Of a stretch of DNA of 64,000 nt, positions 51,648-61,378 are shown piece by piece. Within the stretch, counting starts at the first letter, position 1, and every line of letters begins with the position of its first letter. Source of the stretch: Nitrosopumilaceae archaeon. GTDB lineage: Archaea > Thermoproteota > Nitrososphaeria > Nitrososphaerales > Nitrosopumilaceae. The position numbers were made by a program, and so were the translations under genes. Location of the stretch: assembly GCA_965208905.1 (NCBI GenBank), contig OZ242365.1, positions 480,001 through 544,000 on the forward strand. Reading direction: 5' to 3'. Under the pieces are notes generated by a model. That model searched no databases and was not told the origin of the DNA. It saw only the letters and a program-made list of their open reading frames with translations.

Positions 51648-51676
51648 TAAATATTTGGGTGTATTACATATGAGTT

Positions 51677-52147
51677 GTGGACAGTCATCATAAAATCAAT
51701 TGTACTGTTGATGCACTATATGGTGCTGGCGCCTCGGCATACATCCCCTCAGATATAACAATGACGTATTATCGGACGGGTCGTATTCGTGAGGTGTATC
51801 ATAATGGCACGCTCTTGTGCACTCTGCGTATAGATGGGGGACTTGCCATCACTCTGGACTTTGCGCGTATACTACTGCAGTGTAAGGATTTTGATGAGTA
51901 CTGTATAGAAGTAGACGATGATGCAGCTCCCTTTGTTGCCGAAGGCAAGTCGGTCTTTGCATCACATGTAGTACGATGCGGCAAGTATGTCCGGATATCA
52001 TCAGATGTGCCTATATTGTATAACAATGATGTAATAGCCGTGGGGCGGGCGGTCTTGTCTGAACCAATGATTGCAGGGTCCCGTAGGGGCGTAGTGGTAC
52101 GAGTCAGGGATAGTTTAAAAAGAAGAGGCCGCATATTCTCAACATGA
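51677..52147 (+). CDS. PUA-domain protein (archaeosine TGT C-terminal-like)
   Basis: TGRIREV...LR.DGGL; GKSVFASHV; AVGRA. Confidence 0.88.
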   Translation: MDSHHKINCTVDALYGAGASAYIPSDITMTYYRTGRIREVYHNGTLLCTLRIDGGLAITLDFARILLQCKDFDEYCIEVDDDAAPFVAEGKSVFASHVVRCGKYVRISSDVPILYNNDVIAVGRAVLSEPMIAGSRRGVVVRVRDSLKRRGRIFST

Positions 52148-52485
52148 TGCGCTCGGGTAATCGCAATATGCGCCGGATGATGAACCGTATGGGTGTCAGT
52201 ATGGATGTCATAGATGATGTTCAGGAAGTCATAATTCGTACTTCCACCAAAGAGATAGTCATACAAAACCCTCAGGTAAACATGGCAGATGCCAAAGATT
52301 CCACGACATTTATTGTGGCTGCCGAAAGTTATGAAGAGCGAGAGTTGGAGGCTCCCGCATACTCAGAAGATGACATCGAGTTGTTGTGTCTGCACGCCAA
52401 TGTGGACCGGGATACAGCTATTTCCGCATTGAAAGATTGTGATGGCGAGGTGGCCACCGCCATGGTGCGCCTAAAATCTGACTAA
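52144..52485 (+). CDS. nac: Nascent polypeptide-associated complex protein
   Basis: MRRMMNRMG, EVIIRT...I.NP.V, C-terminal UBA domain. Confidence 0.9.
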   Translation: MMRSGNRNMRRMMNRMGVSMDVIDDVQEVIIRTSTKEIVIQNPQVNMADAKDSTTFIVAAESYEERELEAPAYSEDDIELLCLHANVDRDTAISALKDCDGEVATAMVRLKSD

Positions 52486-52649
52486 ATTACGACTTTATGT
52501 ATTATACAATAATGGTATTGCATGGTGTGCTACATGCTGCGTATATCACCCAAGGCAATCAAGCACGCTAGTTGCGCAGACTCATTTGACAGTACGATGC
52601 ATCTGCCACTGTATGATCTGGGGGCTTTAATAGCATTTAATTAACGGAT

Positions 52650-53000
52650 ATGCGAGCGATACAAGTGATGGCGGTTGCAGAGTCGCAGGTGAAGGGCATA
52701 ATCAGTGCTCTAAAGGATTTGGAGACAAGTATTGACTCTTTGGATGCAACCATATCCGAGATGAAGAGAGAGATGTCGTCTCTGGTTCAAAAAGAGATAG
52801 ACAGGCTATACGAAGAGACCCGTGCCATGGCGACGGTGGAGGCTGAGCAGATTGTCGAGGCGGCAAAAAAGTCTGCTGATAAGAAAGCCGCAAAGATAAC
52901 CAAAGATGCCAACGCCAGTCTAGAAAAACTACGTCAGGATATTGATTCTGGTTTCAAGGATGCAGTGGATGTGGCGGTAAATGCCATAATGAAGGCATAA
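52650..53000 (+). CDS. Coiled-coil protein (A/V-ATPase subunit H/G-like)
   Basis: All-helical, EAEQIVEAAKK pattern. Confidence 0.6.
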   Translation: MRAIQVMAVAESQVKGIISALKDLETSIDSLDATISEMKREMSSLVQKEIDRLYEETRAMATVEAEQIVEAAKKSADKKAAKITKDANASLEKLRQDIDSGFKDAVDVAVNAIMKA

Positions 53001-53062
53001 TTCACTAAAAATATTAACACCCATACAATACATGTATCATCAACGCAATAGAGAGATATCGT

Positions 53063-53659
53063 ATGGGAGTAGCAACGGCTCAAGGTAGGCCCTATTACTT
53101 ATTTACTCGCTGGTTGAGAGGTTTAAATATAAAATTCGATGTGCTAAAGCCCGACGAGATACCAAACTATACCGGTGATGTTATACTCACCACCAGAGAG
53201 GAGTTCCCATCAAAGAGCGATAAAATACTCTTGTATGACGATGAGATGAAGCATGGCTCCACCATCACTTTGGTGTTGTTACTACAAAGGTGCGGCATAA
53301 CAGGTGATGATTTGATAGTGGGTATAGACCCGGGCAGGCGCATAGGCCTGTCTGTCTTTTATGGCAGTGTAGAGATAGATAGACAGTTGTTCATATCCAT
53401 AGAGAGAATGTCATCGCACATACGTCACATATTCAAGTACATCAAGTCTACAAGGCATCTGATACGTATAGGTGATGGTGATATGACTACAGCATGGAGA
53501 ATATGTAGAATGTTGGATGTCATCGATACGCCGTATAGTCTTGAGTTTGTCAATGAATCCGGAACCAGTCCTAGAACCAGACACTGCAACAGTAGAGGTA
53601 AACAAGACATGTTGGCAGCAAGAGCCATAGCCCAGAGAGATCCGTGGGTGATGGCATAA
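53063..53659 (+). CDS. Conserved archaeal RNase H-fold protein
   Basis: [23 protein letters not shown]. Confidence 0.75.
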   Translation: MGVATAQGRPYYLFTRWLRGLNIKFDVLKPDEIPNYTGDVILTTREEFPSKSDKILLYDDEMKHGSTITLVLLLQRCGITGDDLIVGIDPGRRIGLSVFYGSVEIDRQLFISIERMSSHIRHIFKYIKSTRHLIRIGDGDMTTAWRICRMLDVIDTPYSLEFVNESGTSPRTRHCNSRGKQDMLAARAIAQRDPWVMA

Positions 53660-54726
53660 TAGACTCGGCCATACTGATTACCTATGATCGTCGTGATGCC
53701 ACTGATGAGGCAGTGGCATTGTGTGAGGCGGCCGGCTATACAATATCACATATAATAAAACAAAAATTTCTGAACCGACCAAAGTATGGTATTAGTGAAG
53801 ATATGCTGTTCAAATTAAAAGATCTGGCAAATACGTTAAATCCTGACGTTATCATATATGATGAGGTTCTCAGGCCCAGCCAAAACTACAATTTGGCATC
53901 AAGATTACATAGAAACGTACTGGACCGGGAGACGCTCATACTAGAGATATTTGAGCGGAGGGCGTCTAGTGCCGAATCACGCCTGCAGGTAAAGATGGCT
54001 CAGATGCGGTATGAATCCAATCGCGCTCGTGAGAAGGTTCGTCTGGCAAGGGCAGGAGAGCAACCTGGTTTTATGGGCATAGGCAAGTTTGAGGTGGATG
54101 TATACTACAATGACATACAACATAGAATGAACTCTGTGCGGCACAAGTTGGAGAAGGCCGGCAGACAGAGAAGACTTCACCGTCAGGGTCGAATACGAAT
54201 GGGGCTAAAGACAGTCTCACTGGCAGGTTACACCTCGGCGGGCAAGACTACTCTCTTTAATATTTTGACCGGTGAGAATAACAAGAGTAGTGATGTCTTG
54301 TTTACAACCCTGTCGACGACCACTAGGCGTTTTTATGCCAACAACGAGCCGTTCCTGCTATCCGACACTGTGGGTTTCATAAGCAAACTACCTGCCTACA
54401 TGATTGATGCATTCAGGTCCACACTTGAAGAGATGATTCACGCTGATGTGACGATAGTGGTACTAGATGCGGGCGATACTGAGGTTAACCTACTGCGCAA
54501 GTATCGCAGCTGTATGAGTACGCTGAATCGTTTGGGTGTGGAAGGTCATCGCTTGGTCTTTGCGCTAAATAAGTCTGATACAGTAACAGAGTCTGAGATG
54601 GCCTCTAGAGTTGATCGTCTAAATATACAGGACAAGAGGTGGGCGGCCGTATCTGCCCTTACTGGCCAAGACGTAGAGTCGTTACGTGAATTAATATTTG
54701 CAGCAGCTGGTACAAAATCAGTATAA
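53644..54726 (+). CDS. hflX: GTPase HflX
   Basis: [27 protein letters not shown]. Confidence 0.95.
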   Translation: MGDGIIDSAILITYDRRDATDEAVALCEAAGYTISHIIKQKFLNRPKYGISEDMLFKLKDLANTLNPDVIIYDEVLRPSQNYNLASRLHRNVLDRETLILEIFERRASSAESRLQVKMAQMRYESNRAREKVRLARAGEQPGFMGIGKFEVDVYYNDIQHRMNSVRHKLEKAGRQRRLHRQGRIRMGLKTVSLAGYTSAGKTTLFNILTGENNKSSDVLFTTLSTTTRRFYANNEPFLLSDTVGFISKLPAYMIDAFRSTLEEMIHADVTIVVLDAGDTEVNLLRKYRSCMSTLNRLGVEGHRLVFALNKSDTVTESEMASRVDRLNIQDKRWAAVSALTGQDVESLRELIFAAAGTKSV

Positions 54727-55247
54727 TGACGATAGAGGTGGTCCGTATAGGCCAGAGGTTGGTACGAGATGATCGTGTAACTACGCATGCAGCATTGGTC
54801 TCAAGAGCGTTTGGAGCTTCACGCATATACATGAATGAGACCAACTCAGAGATACTACAGGTTATAGACGGCATGAACAAGAGTTGGGGCGGTTCCTTTG
54901 AGGTGGCTCTAGAGGATAATTTAAAGGACATAATCAGACAGAAGAAGGACTCGGGTTACATGATAGTACACTTGACCATGTACGGGTATGCACTACATGA
55001 TTACCTGAAATTTAACACCGTACCAGAGAAGATACTGATTGTTATAGGTGCTAGCAAGGTTCCGCGGGAGATATACAGTATGGCCGACTACAATGTGTCA
55101 GTGGGGCTGCAACCACACTCGGAGATTGCAGCCTTGGCGGTATTTTTAGATCGCATACAGTGTGGAGAGCAATTCAAGAGGGAGTTTCCTGGAGCCAGTA
55201 AACGCATAATTCCCAGCCGAACGGGCAAATGTGTAAGTGATTTATAG
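54726..55247 (+). CDS. trm56: tRNA (cytidine56-2'-O)-methyltransferase
   Basis: RDDRVTTH, VHLTMYG, QPHSEIAALAVFLDR. Confidence 0.93.
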   Translation: MTIEVVRIGQRLVRDDRVTTHAALVSRAFGASRIYMNETNSEILQVIDGMNKSWGGSFEVALEDNLKDIIRQKKDSGYMIVHLTMYGYALHDYLKFNTVPEKILIVIGASKVPREIYSMADYNVSVGLQPHSEIAALAVFLDRIQCGEQFKREFPGASKRIIPSRTGKCVSDL

Positions 55248-55267
55248 CGGAAGATAGATTATATATT

Positions 55268-55783
55268 GTGATTCAAAAGTATGACGATCCATTCATTAGA
55301 ATATCCGCCATGATTGGGGGCGATGAATACCAAAAGGTAGCTCGCTCGCTTCTAAAGACTGAAGATGCAACAGATGAAGAGATTGCTAGCTCTACTGGAC
55401 TTCGAATAAACATAGTGCGTAAAGTCCTCTATGGACTGTTTGGTAAGTCGCTGATTACTGCCGTCCGTGTCAAGGATGAGAGGAAGGGTTGGTTTGTATA
55501 CAGATGGCGAACCCGACGCAACGAGGCAGAGTTATTCATAGAGAATCAGAAACGACAGGTGATGGAACGTCTACAACAACGTCTTGACTTTGAAAACTCT
55601 ACTCAGTTCTATCATTGCGGTAATGAGGACTGTCCTCGGGCCACCTTTGAAGAGACTTTGGGCGATATGTTCAAGTGCTCAAACTGTGGTGGTGTCATGA
55701 ATCCTAAAAACAATGATCGTATAAAGAAAGCCCTCAAAAAGAAGATAGACGTAATAGAGGCAGATATGCAGCAGACGTTCTAG
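55268..55783 (+). CDS. tfe: Transcription factor E
   Basis: TDEEIA...VRKVLY.L, GWFVYRW, FKCSNCG. Confidence 0.93.
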   Translation: MIQKYDDPFIRISAMIGGDEYQKVARSLLKTEDATDEEIASSTGLRINIVRKVLYGLFGKSLITAVRVKDERKGWFVYRWRTRRNEAELFIENQKRQVMERLQQRLDFENSTQFYHCGNEDCPRATFEETLGDMFKCSNCGGVMNPKNNDRIKKALKKKIDVIEADMQQTF

Positions 55784-56514
55784 ACTCTAAAGGGGTTTTT
55801 ATCATGAGGGTTTCTCTTGCCAAGTCTATTCATATCATCCAAACATAGTTGGTGAAATACAGTACAGCCGTTATGTTTGGCATCAGATATTATCCTAGAG
55901 ATATCATCATCCAGTAGTCCTTGCGCAGCCAAGAATGACTCATCGTCCAGCCCCAATGATTTATACGCATCAGTCCGGGCGGTAACGGCCTCTGAAAGGG
56001 AGGGATTTACAAGTAGCGCCTCATCATACCAGTGTATGGACTCTTGAAGTTTGCTCTGTCGGCGGAATATTAGTGCCATGTTCAGTAGTGCAGTCACATT
56101 ACGAGGGTCCTGTTTTAGTGCACGCTCAAAGTATTGTATGGCATCTTTGTATTCATCCAGCTCAGCGGATGCCAACCCCGCGCTGTTCAAGGCCCATGTA
56201 TCTGTGTTGTCCATATCCAATAATGTATTGCAACACTCCAGAACATCATCATATCGGTGGAGATTCTCCAGTGCGTATATTTTGTTGTGTAGGGCATATG
56301 CATCAGTATGATCACGCTTCAAGACCTCATCGCAGTATTGTATGGTTTTGGTGAACTCTTCTAAGTTTAGGCATGCCAGTGATATGTTTTGTAACGCCAG
56401 TATATCTGTGGGGTCTTTACTGAGTAGTGCTTGGCAGTAATGGTACAACTCCTCAAATCTCTTTGCGTTGTACAGTCGATTTATTACGTTGGATGGCTCC
56501 AATACATCTGACAT
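55780..56514 (-). CDS. Tetratricopeptide repeat protein
   Basis: Repeated 34-aa AL..K/N...Y.EA...Y..AL..DP units. Confidence 0.88.
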   Translation of the reverse strand: MSDVLEPSNVINRLYNAKRFEELYHYCQALLSKDPTDILALQNISLACLNLEEFTKTIQYCDEVLKRDHTDAYALHNKIYALENLHRYDDVLECCNTLLDMDNTDTWALNSAGLASAELDEYKDAIQYFERALKQDPRNVTALLNMALIFRRQSKLQESIHWYDEALLVNPSLSEAVTARTDAYKSLGLDDESFLAAQGLLDDDISRIISDAKHNGCTVFHQLCLDDMNRLGKRNPHDKNPFRV

Positions 56515-56540
56515 ATTGTGTTATGTTTGGTGGGCTGAAT

Positions 56541-57407
56541 TTAATTTTTGGATTCGGTTGCATTCAATACTGCGAGGGCCTGTTTGTAGTGTACCTCATC
56601 AATCATCCTGCCATCCAAAGTGGTAGCACCCTTTCCTGACTGTAATGTATGCTCGTACGTATCACAGACGCGCCGCGCCCAGTCCATCTCCGATGGTGTG
56701 GGGGCAAACAGGGTGTGTGTCGTGTCAATCTGCGCAGGGTGAATTAGTGACTTGCCAGAGTATCCCAAGCTACGGCCAAATTTGCAGTCGGCCTCAAAGC
56801 CCTCAACATCATGTATGTCCTGCCATATGCCGTCTATTGCCGCCACACCTGCTGCTGTAGCATCAACTGGTACCTTGGAGCGAGAGTAGATGGCGGTCTC
56901 TGTACTCTTTGTGTACTCAACGCCCATATCGTTTAGTAGGTCGAATATTCCAAACACTACGCTGCATACACGTTCACTGCACGCAATATCATGTGTATTC
57001 AGGACGCCAGCTGCCGACTCTATGGAGGGTAGCATCAGAGTCTTGCATCCCGCAGGCTCCAACTCTTTTGTTAAATCCAGTACTCTGTGCAGGTCTTTGG
57101 TGTCGTTCACTTTTGGAATTACAACTCCATCAGGGGGCGTTCCCTTCATTATATATTTGAGATCATCAATGTACAGACTTGTATTTGGGTTGTTTATTCG
57201 TACAAATACAGAGTTTGATCTGTCTTTGGACAACAAATCTGAGATTAGACGTCGGGCCTCGGACTTTTGGTTTAATGGAACAGAGTCCTCCAAGTCCAAA
57301 CATATTATGTCTGCATGTAGCATGAGAGATTTTGCAAGGAATTTAGGGTTATTTCCTGGTACAAAAATAAGACTACGAAAGAGATTTGGCATGGATTGAT
57401 TAAGCAC
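56541..57407 (-). CDS. CitE/HpcH family CoA-ester lyase
   Basis: RSLIFVPG, DLEDSVP, GYSGKSLIHPAQI. Confidence 0.9.
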   Translation of the reverse strand: MLNQSMPNLFRSLIFVPGNNPKFLAKSLMLHADIICLDLEDSVPLNQKSEARRLISDLLSKDRSNSVFVRINNPNTSLYIDDLKYIMKGTPPDGVVIPKVNDTKDLHRVLDLTKELEPAGCKTLMLPSIESAAGVLNTHDIACSERVCSVVFGIFDLLNDMGVEYTKSTETAIYSRSKVPVDATAAGVAAIDGIWQDIHDVEGFEADCKFGRSLGYSGKSLIHPAQIDTTHTLFAPTPSEMDWARRVCDTYEHTLQSGKGATTLDGRMIDEVHYKQALAVLNATESKN

Positions 57408-58479
57408 CCTCAGGTTTTAACAGTATCTTGCCAAACATACCTTTACCATTCAGCATTTTAGTGTGTGCCTCTGCGGCTTGCTCAAAGCTATACACAGAGT
57501 CAATGACAGACTTTATCTTGCCACGACCCATCCAAAAGAGTCCTTGCTCCAGCTCGGCTTTGGTTCCCTGTGTAGCACCTAGTATGTTTGTACCTTTGAA
57601 GAATATGTGACGTAGGTCGGTATGCGCATCGTAGCCGGTAGTGGCTCCGCACGATACCAAGGTGGCTCCGTACTTTAGCAGAGTGAGTTGTTTGTTCCAG
57701 TGGGTCTGTCCTATGTGATCAAATGAGAGATCAATTCCCGGCAGTGTACCCTTCTTTTTAGCTATCTCTTTACTAATGGCGCGTACCTCTTTATGCCAGT
57801 CATCCTTACGGTGATCCACTGCATAATCTGCTCCCAACGCCGTTAGTTGATCTAGTTTGTCTGGGCTGGCAGTAGCAATAACATCACAGTTGTATAGTTT
57901 TGCTATCTGAATTCCAAAGGAACCAACTCCGGATCCACCACCCATTATCAGAACGGTCTGGCCTGGAGTTATATTTGCTCGACCCACCAACATGTGCCAA
58001 GCCGTAAGGATTGTCATTGAGGCGGCGGCAGCGTCATCATATGAGACGCCTTCGGGTATCTTTGTAACGTTCACCTCAGGAAGATGTATGAGTTCGGCAT
58101 ATGCACCCCATACGGGACCGGTCTGGAAACCCCATATGGTCCTGCTGGAGCAGTCAAACTCTCTTCCGCTAGTACACTCTTGACACACTCGGCAAGTCAT
58201 ATTGGCATGGGAGACTACTCGATCTCCTACCTTGATGCGTTTTACATCCTCACCAACGGCAACCACATCACCAGCGGCATCTGAGCCAGATACATGGGGT
58301 AGTTTGACAGGTACGGGTGCTCCTCTCATACCCCAAATATCGTTGTAGTTTAGCGCCGCAGTTTTTAACTTAAAGATTACCTCATCAGGCTTTGGCTTTG
58401 GATCATCGAGATCTTCCACATTCAGTATTTTAGAGTAGTTATCATCAGGGGCGTATTCATGGTATACAACAGCTTTCAT
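57400..58479 (-). CDS. Zn-binding medium-chain dehydrogenase/reductase
   Basis: CRVCQEC...C structural Zn site, GGGSGVG, GKILL. Confidence 0.9.
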   Translation of the reverse strand: MKAVVYHEYAPDDNYSKILNVEDLDDPKPKPDEVIFKLKTAALNYNDIWGMRGAPVPVKLPHVSGSDAAGDVVAVGEDVKRIKVGDRVVSHANMTCRVCQECTSGREFDCSSRTIWGFQTGPVWGAYAELIHLPEVNVTKIPEGVSYDDAAAASMTILTAWHMLVGRANITPGQTVLIMGGGSGVGSFGIQIAKLYNCDVIATASPDKLDQLTALGADYAVDHRKDDWHKEVRAISKEIAKKKGTLPGIDLSFDHIGQTHWNKQLTLLKYGATLVSCGATTGYDAHTDLRHIFFKGTNILGATQGTKAELEQGLFWMGRGKIKSVIDSVYSFEQAAEAHTKMLNGKGMFGKILLKPEGA

Positions 58480-58539
58480 TAAGATGATTCTATACTACCC
58501 TTAATTATAGGTAGTGAGAATTTCCACCTAAAATCATTA

Positions 58540-59952
58540 TCATATAAAGTGTATATCCTGATGTATGTCATGTATGGCTCGTATGGCCTTGGGCAGATTA
58601 CTCTTAAAGTCTTCAATGATGATTATTATTCTTGAGGTCTCTTCCTGCGCATCCATGTTCAATATGTTGATGCCGGCCTCTCCCACTTGGAAGGCAATCT
58701 TGGATACTACATGTTGTACACGCCACATATCATCCCCAATCAGTGTGATTGCTCCTCGATTATACACTATGGTAGCGGTGGGATCAAACTTTAACAGGTA
58801 CTCTTCGTTTCGTCTAACATAGTTACCATCGCTGAATAATATTCGGGAGAACCACATGTTGTTCTTGGTGTATGGTGAGAGTGGTACGAACTCGTTGTAC
58901 CTCTTTACCTGTTCTAGTGAGTTTTGTAGATCTAAAAATTTACTGGACCTTAATCTCAGAATCGCACAGTTTCCCAGACCTGTGACTATCTTTATTGGAT
59001 GATTGTCATCGTTGTTCACGCTTCGTTGAATTATGGTGGTGTGGGATGAGTCTTGCATGTCGGTGATTTGGAGTGGTACGTAGACGTCATTATCCAGTAT
59101 ATCTTTGATGGCCATGGTGTCTAAAATCTTCATTCCAAACATTCCAGCCATTCTAGCCTCGTTGTACGAGAGATACTTTACTTCAAGCAATCCTGACTTT
59201 ACCATTTTGGGATCTGCAGATGCCACGGCTCGGTTCTTCTCCCAGACTATGCGGACATTATAATATCTTTGAAGTAAGATTCCCATATCAGCAGCAGTCC
59301 GGTCAGTACCACCTCGTTCATAAGTACTCATCTTTCCGGTCAGCGTCTTTCCAATAAATCCACCCATACATGTCACATCATACTCTTTGATTATGTCCAA
59401 TGTAGGTTGTAGTTGTTTCTTGGACTCGGCCGCTAAAAAGTTCGTATACTCGTAGGCTTCAGATGTAATTATGGGCCACTTCTCATATGGCACAAATGAT
59501 GACTTTATATCGTTACTCTGAAGTATGTAATTCATGACACAACTCATCAATAGTTCGCCCGAATAGCCCAATGCCTGGGCACGGTTGATGTCACTAAATT
59601 TACGTTCGTTGTAAGACCTTTCAAGTGCGTCTTGACATCTGGATAGAAAGGTTTTGATGGTATCTTGACACTCTTGGCGCAGACTCTCATCGACCATGAG
59701 GGATATATCATCGTATAACTTTCGTACAGGCTCCAAGTCTGGCGGTATGCCCCGTTCTGCATTGTAGCCCACCCACATTACCACATCGGTTATAGAGCGG
59801 CTCTCTCCCCGCTCCAAGACTAGAGGGGCAGAGAAGACTGCCATTACTTTGGAGTCAACAGATAGTTGTTTTATATTTTTTATTATATTTGGTATGTACT
59901 TGCCGCCATCACCAATTGTACTACCACCGTACTTGGCTACAACCAAATCCAT
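58540..59952 (-). CDS. lysC: Aspartate kinase
   Basis: VAKYGG, GGFIG, RGGTDRTA, ADPK, C-terminal ACT; start MDLVV at 59952. Confidence 0.88.
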   Translation of the reverse strand: MDLVVAKYGGSTIGDGGKYIPNIIKNIKQLSVDSKVMAVFSAPLVLERGESRSITDVVMWVGYNAERGIPPDLEPVRKLYDDISLMVDESLRQECQDTIKTFLSRCQDALERSYNERKFSDINRAQALGYSGELLMSCVMNYILQSNDIKSSFVPYEKWPIITSEAYEYTNFLAAESKKQLQPTLDIIKEYDVTCMGGFIGKTLTGKMSTYERGGTDRTAADMGILLQRYYNVRIVWEKNRAVASADPKMVKSGLLEVKYLSYNEARMAGMFGMKILDTMAIKDILDNDVYVPLQITDMQDSSHTTIIQRSVNNDDNHPIKIVTGLGNCAILRLRSSKFLDLQNSLEQVKRYNEFVPLSPYTKNNMWFSRILFSDGNYVRRNEEYLLKFDPTATIVYNRGAITLIGDDMWRVQHVVSKIAFQVGEAGINILNMDAQEETSRIIIIIEDFKSNLPKAIRAIHDIHQDIHFI

Positions 59953-59995
59953 AATTATACCCATACAGACCATTAAATTAAATATTGGGATATAA

Positions 59996-60350
59996 GGTTC
60001 CTCCCGCAAGGACGGATACTATGTGTCACATCTCAACTATCTTTTTAAACATGTAAACCGTACTGTACGCTAATGGTACTACGCACATACACATTCGGCG
60101 TTATATTCCGTAAAGGGTTCAAGAAGGAGATGTTGGCCAGACAGGCCAGCATGGACAGGTACGTGTATAACAAACTAGTGGAAACCTTCAAGGAAGAATA
60201 TCGTAGAACAGGTAGAGTAAATGCGACGCAGGGTACCCTGAGAAACGTCAAGCACAGACCGGGGAACGAGATGCTCTATGCACCGTCGTCCTCTGGCGTG
60301 ACGTGTGATGTATTGTGGATGCGGGAACCCCCGTGCTTGCAGTAGGAACC
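59996..60350 (+). mobile_element. 355-bp internally deleted tnpB element with 20-bp TIRs and 8-bp TSD
   Basis: Left ggttcctcccgcaaggacgg vs right reverse complement ggttcctactgcaagcacgg (17/20); flanks ggatataa (59988-59995) / ggatatga (60351-60358). Confidence 0.82.
60073..60345 (+). pseudogene. tnpB: Truncated tnpB (N-terminal helix region joined to the 3' end of the element)
   Basis: MVLRTYTF...LARQA..DRYVYNKLV matches the OrfB N-terminus; no RuvC motifs. Confidence 0.7.
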
Positions 60351-61340
60351 GGATATGAGTTGGGCTGCCTTCCCAGCCCCTGATGGAGTAGTGTTATGTG
60401 GACGGGGTTGCCGTAGTTTCTCTAGTACCAAATCATGTATATTATGAATATCTGCATGCGTGTAGCCAAATTGTTCTGCATTATCTTCTTGCTCAAAGTG
60501 ACCCGATATGGGTATGAATATACCTGGCGTGCCGTATGAGGTGGCTTCATCCATTGTGGATCGGCCAGCCAGAGACACTACTACATCTGCAGCATATATC
60601 ATCTGGTGTAGATTGGTAGTTGAATCTCCCAAGATGGGACCTCCTACAAATATTGTATCGGCTACATCTGTAATATCTGCTGCAACGGGTCTCATGGCAT
60701 CCAGAAGAAACTTGCCCGCCTCTGTACCGCCCACAGTGACCAAGACCGTCTTTCTACGCATATTGTACTTTTGCCGTAGGTACTCTCTAGGGTGGTGTAT
60801 CTGCCTCACTATTGGACCCACATTGTGGATGTTTTTATGATCAGATGTAATATTTGGTGTTATTACAGCGTCGCATTCGAGTATCATATCTGTCATTTTG
60901 TGATTTAGTCTTCTCTCCACCATGCCGGATATGCCTTTTGTAAAGCGGCTCTGTAGTACGTCGGTGATCAACACTTTACATCCTGTGTACATGGCCAGCG
61001 CTGCAAAGTCTTCATCTGATACTATCATCTTGGGATTGTATCGTTTGATCAAATCCAAGGATATACGGCGACACCTATAGTGATATTTCATGTAGCGAAT
61101 AAGCCATATGGTTTTGTGCCGCAGATGACCCGATACTATATCGAATTTAGGTGGCGTATACACATCAAGAACTGTATGGCCACATTTTGATAAAAAACTG
61201 GCAGCAACACCCCCGCTTACAAATATCACATCCACATCCTTGCGCAGCTGCTCGGCTATGGCCGAATCTCTACTGGCATGTCCCAATCCTATGGGACTGG
61301 TAAAGAATAGAATGGTTGTGTTATGTTTTGTACCCGCCAT
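60276..61340 (-). CDS. GT-B glycosyltransferase (GT28/MurG-like); C-terminus extended by the insertion
   Basis: IGLGHASRD, VTVGGT, AGRSTMDEA..YGTP.IFIPI.GHFEQ. Confidence 0.88.
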   Translation of the reverse strand: MAGTKHNTTILFFTSPIGLGHASRDSAIAEQLRKDVDVIFVSGGVAASFLSKCGHTVLDVYTPPKFDIVSGHLRHKTIWLIRYMKYHYRCRRISLDLIKRYNPKMIVSDEDFAALAMYTGCKVLITDVLQSRFTKGISGMVERRLNHKMTDMILECDAVITPNITSDHKNIHNVGPIVRQIHHPREYLRQKYNMRRKTVLVTVGGTEAGKFLLDAMRPVAADITDVADTIFVGGPILGDSTTNLHQMIYAADVVVSLAGRSTMDEATSYGTPGIFIPISGHFEQEDNAEQFGYTHADIHNIHDLVLEKLRQPRPHNTTPSGAGKAAQLISGSYCKHGGSRIHNTSHVTPEDDGA

Positions 61341-61378
61341 GCACCATAGTATATAGAAGCCATATTGACTATTATACA

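Noticed and set aside
59953-60009. N-terminal extension of aspartate kinase in the ORF track
   Set aside because: The upstream start lies inside the inserted mini-element; homologous sequence begins at MDLVVAKYGG.
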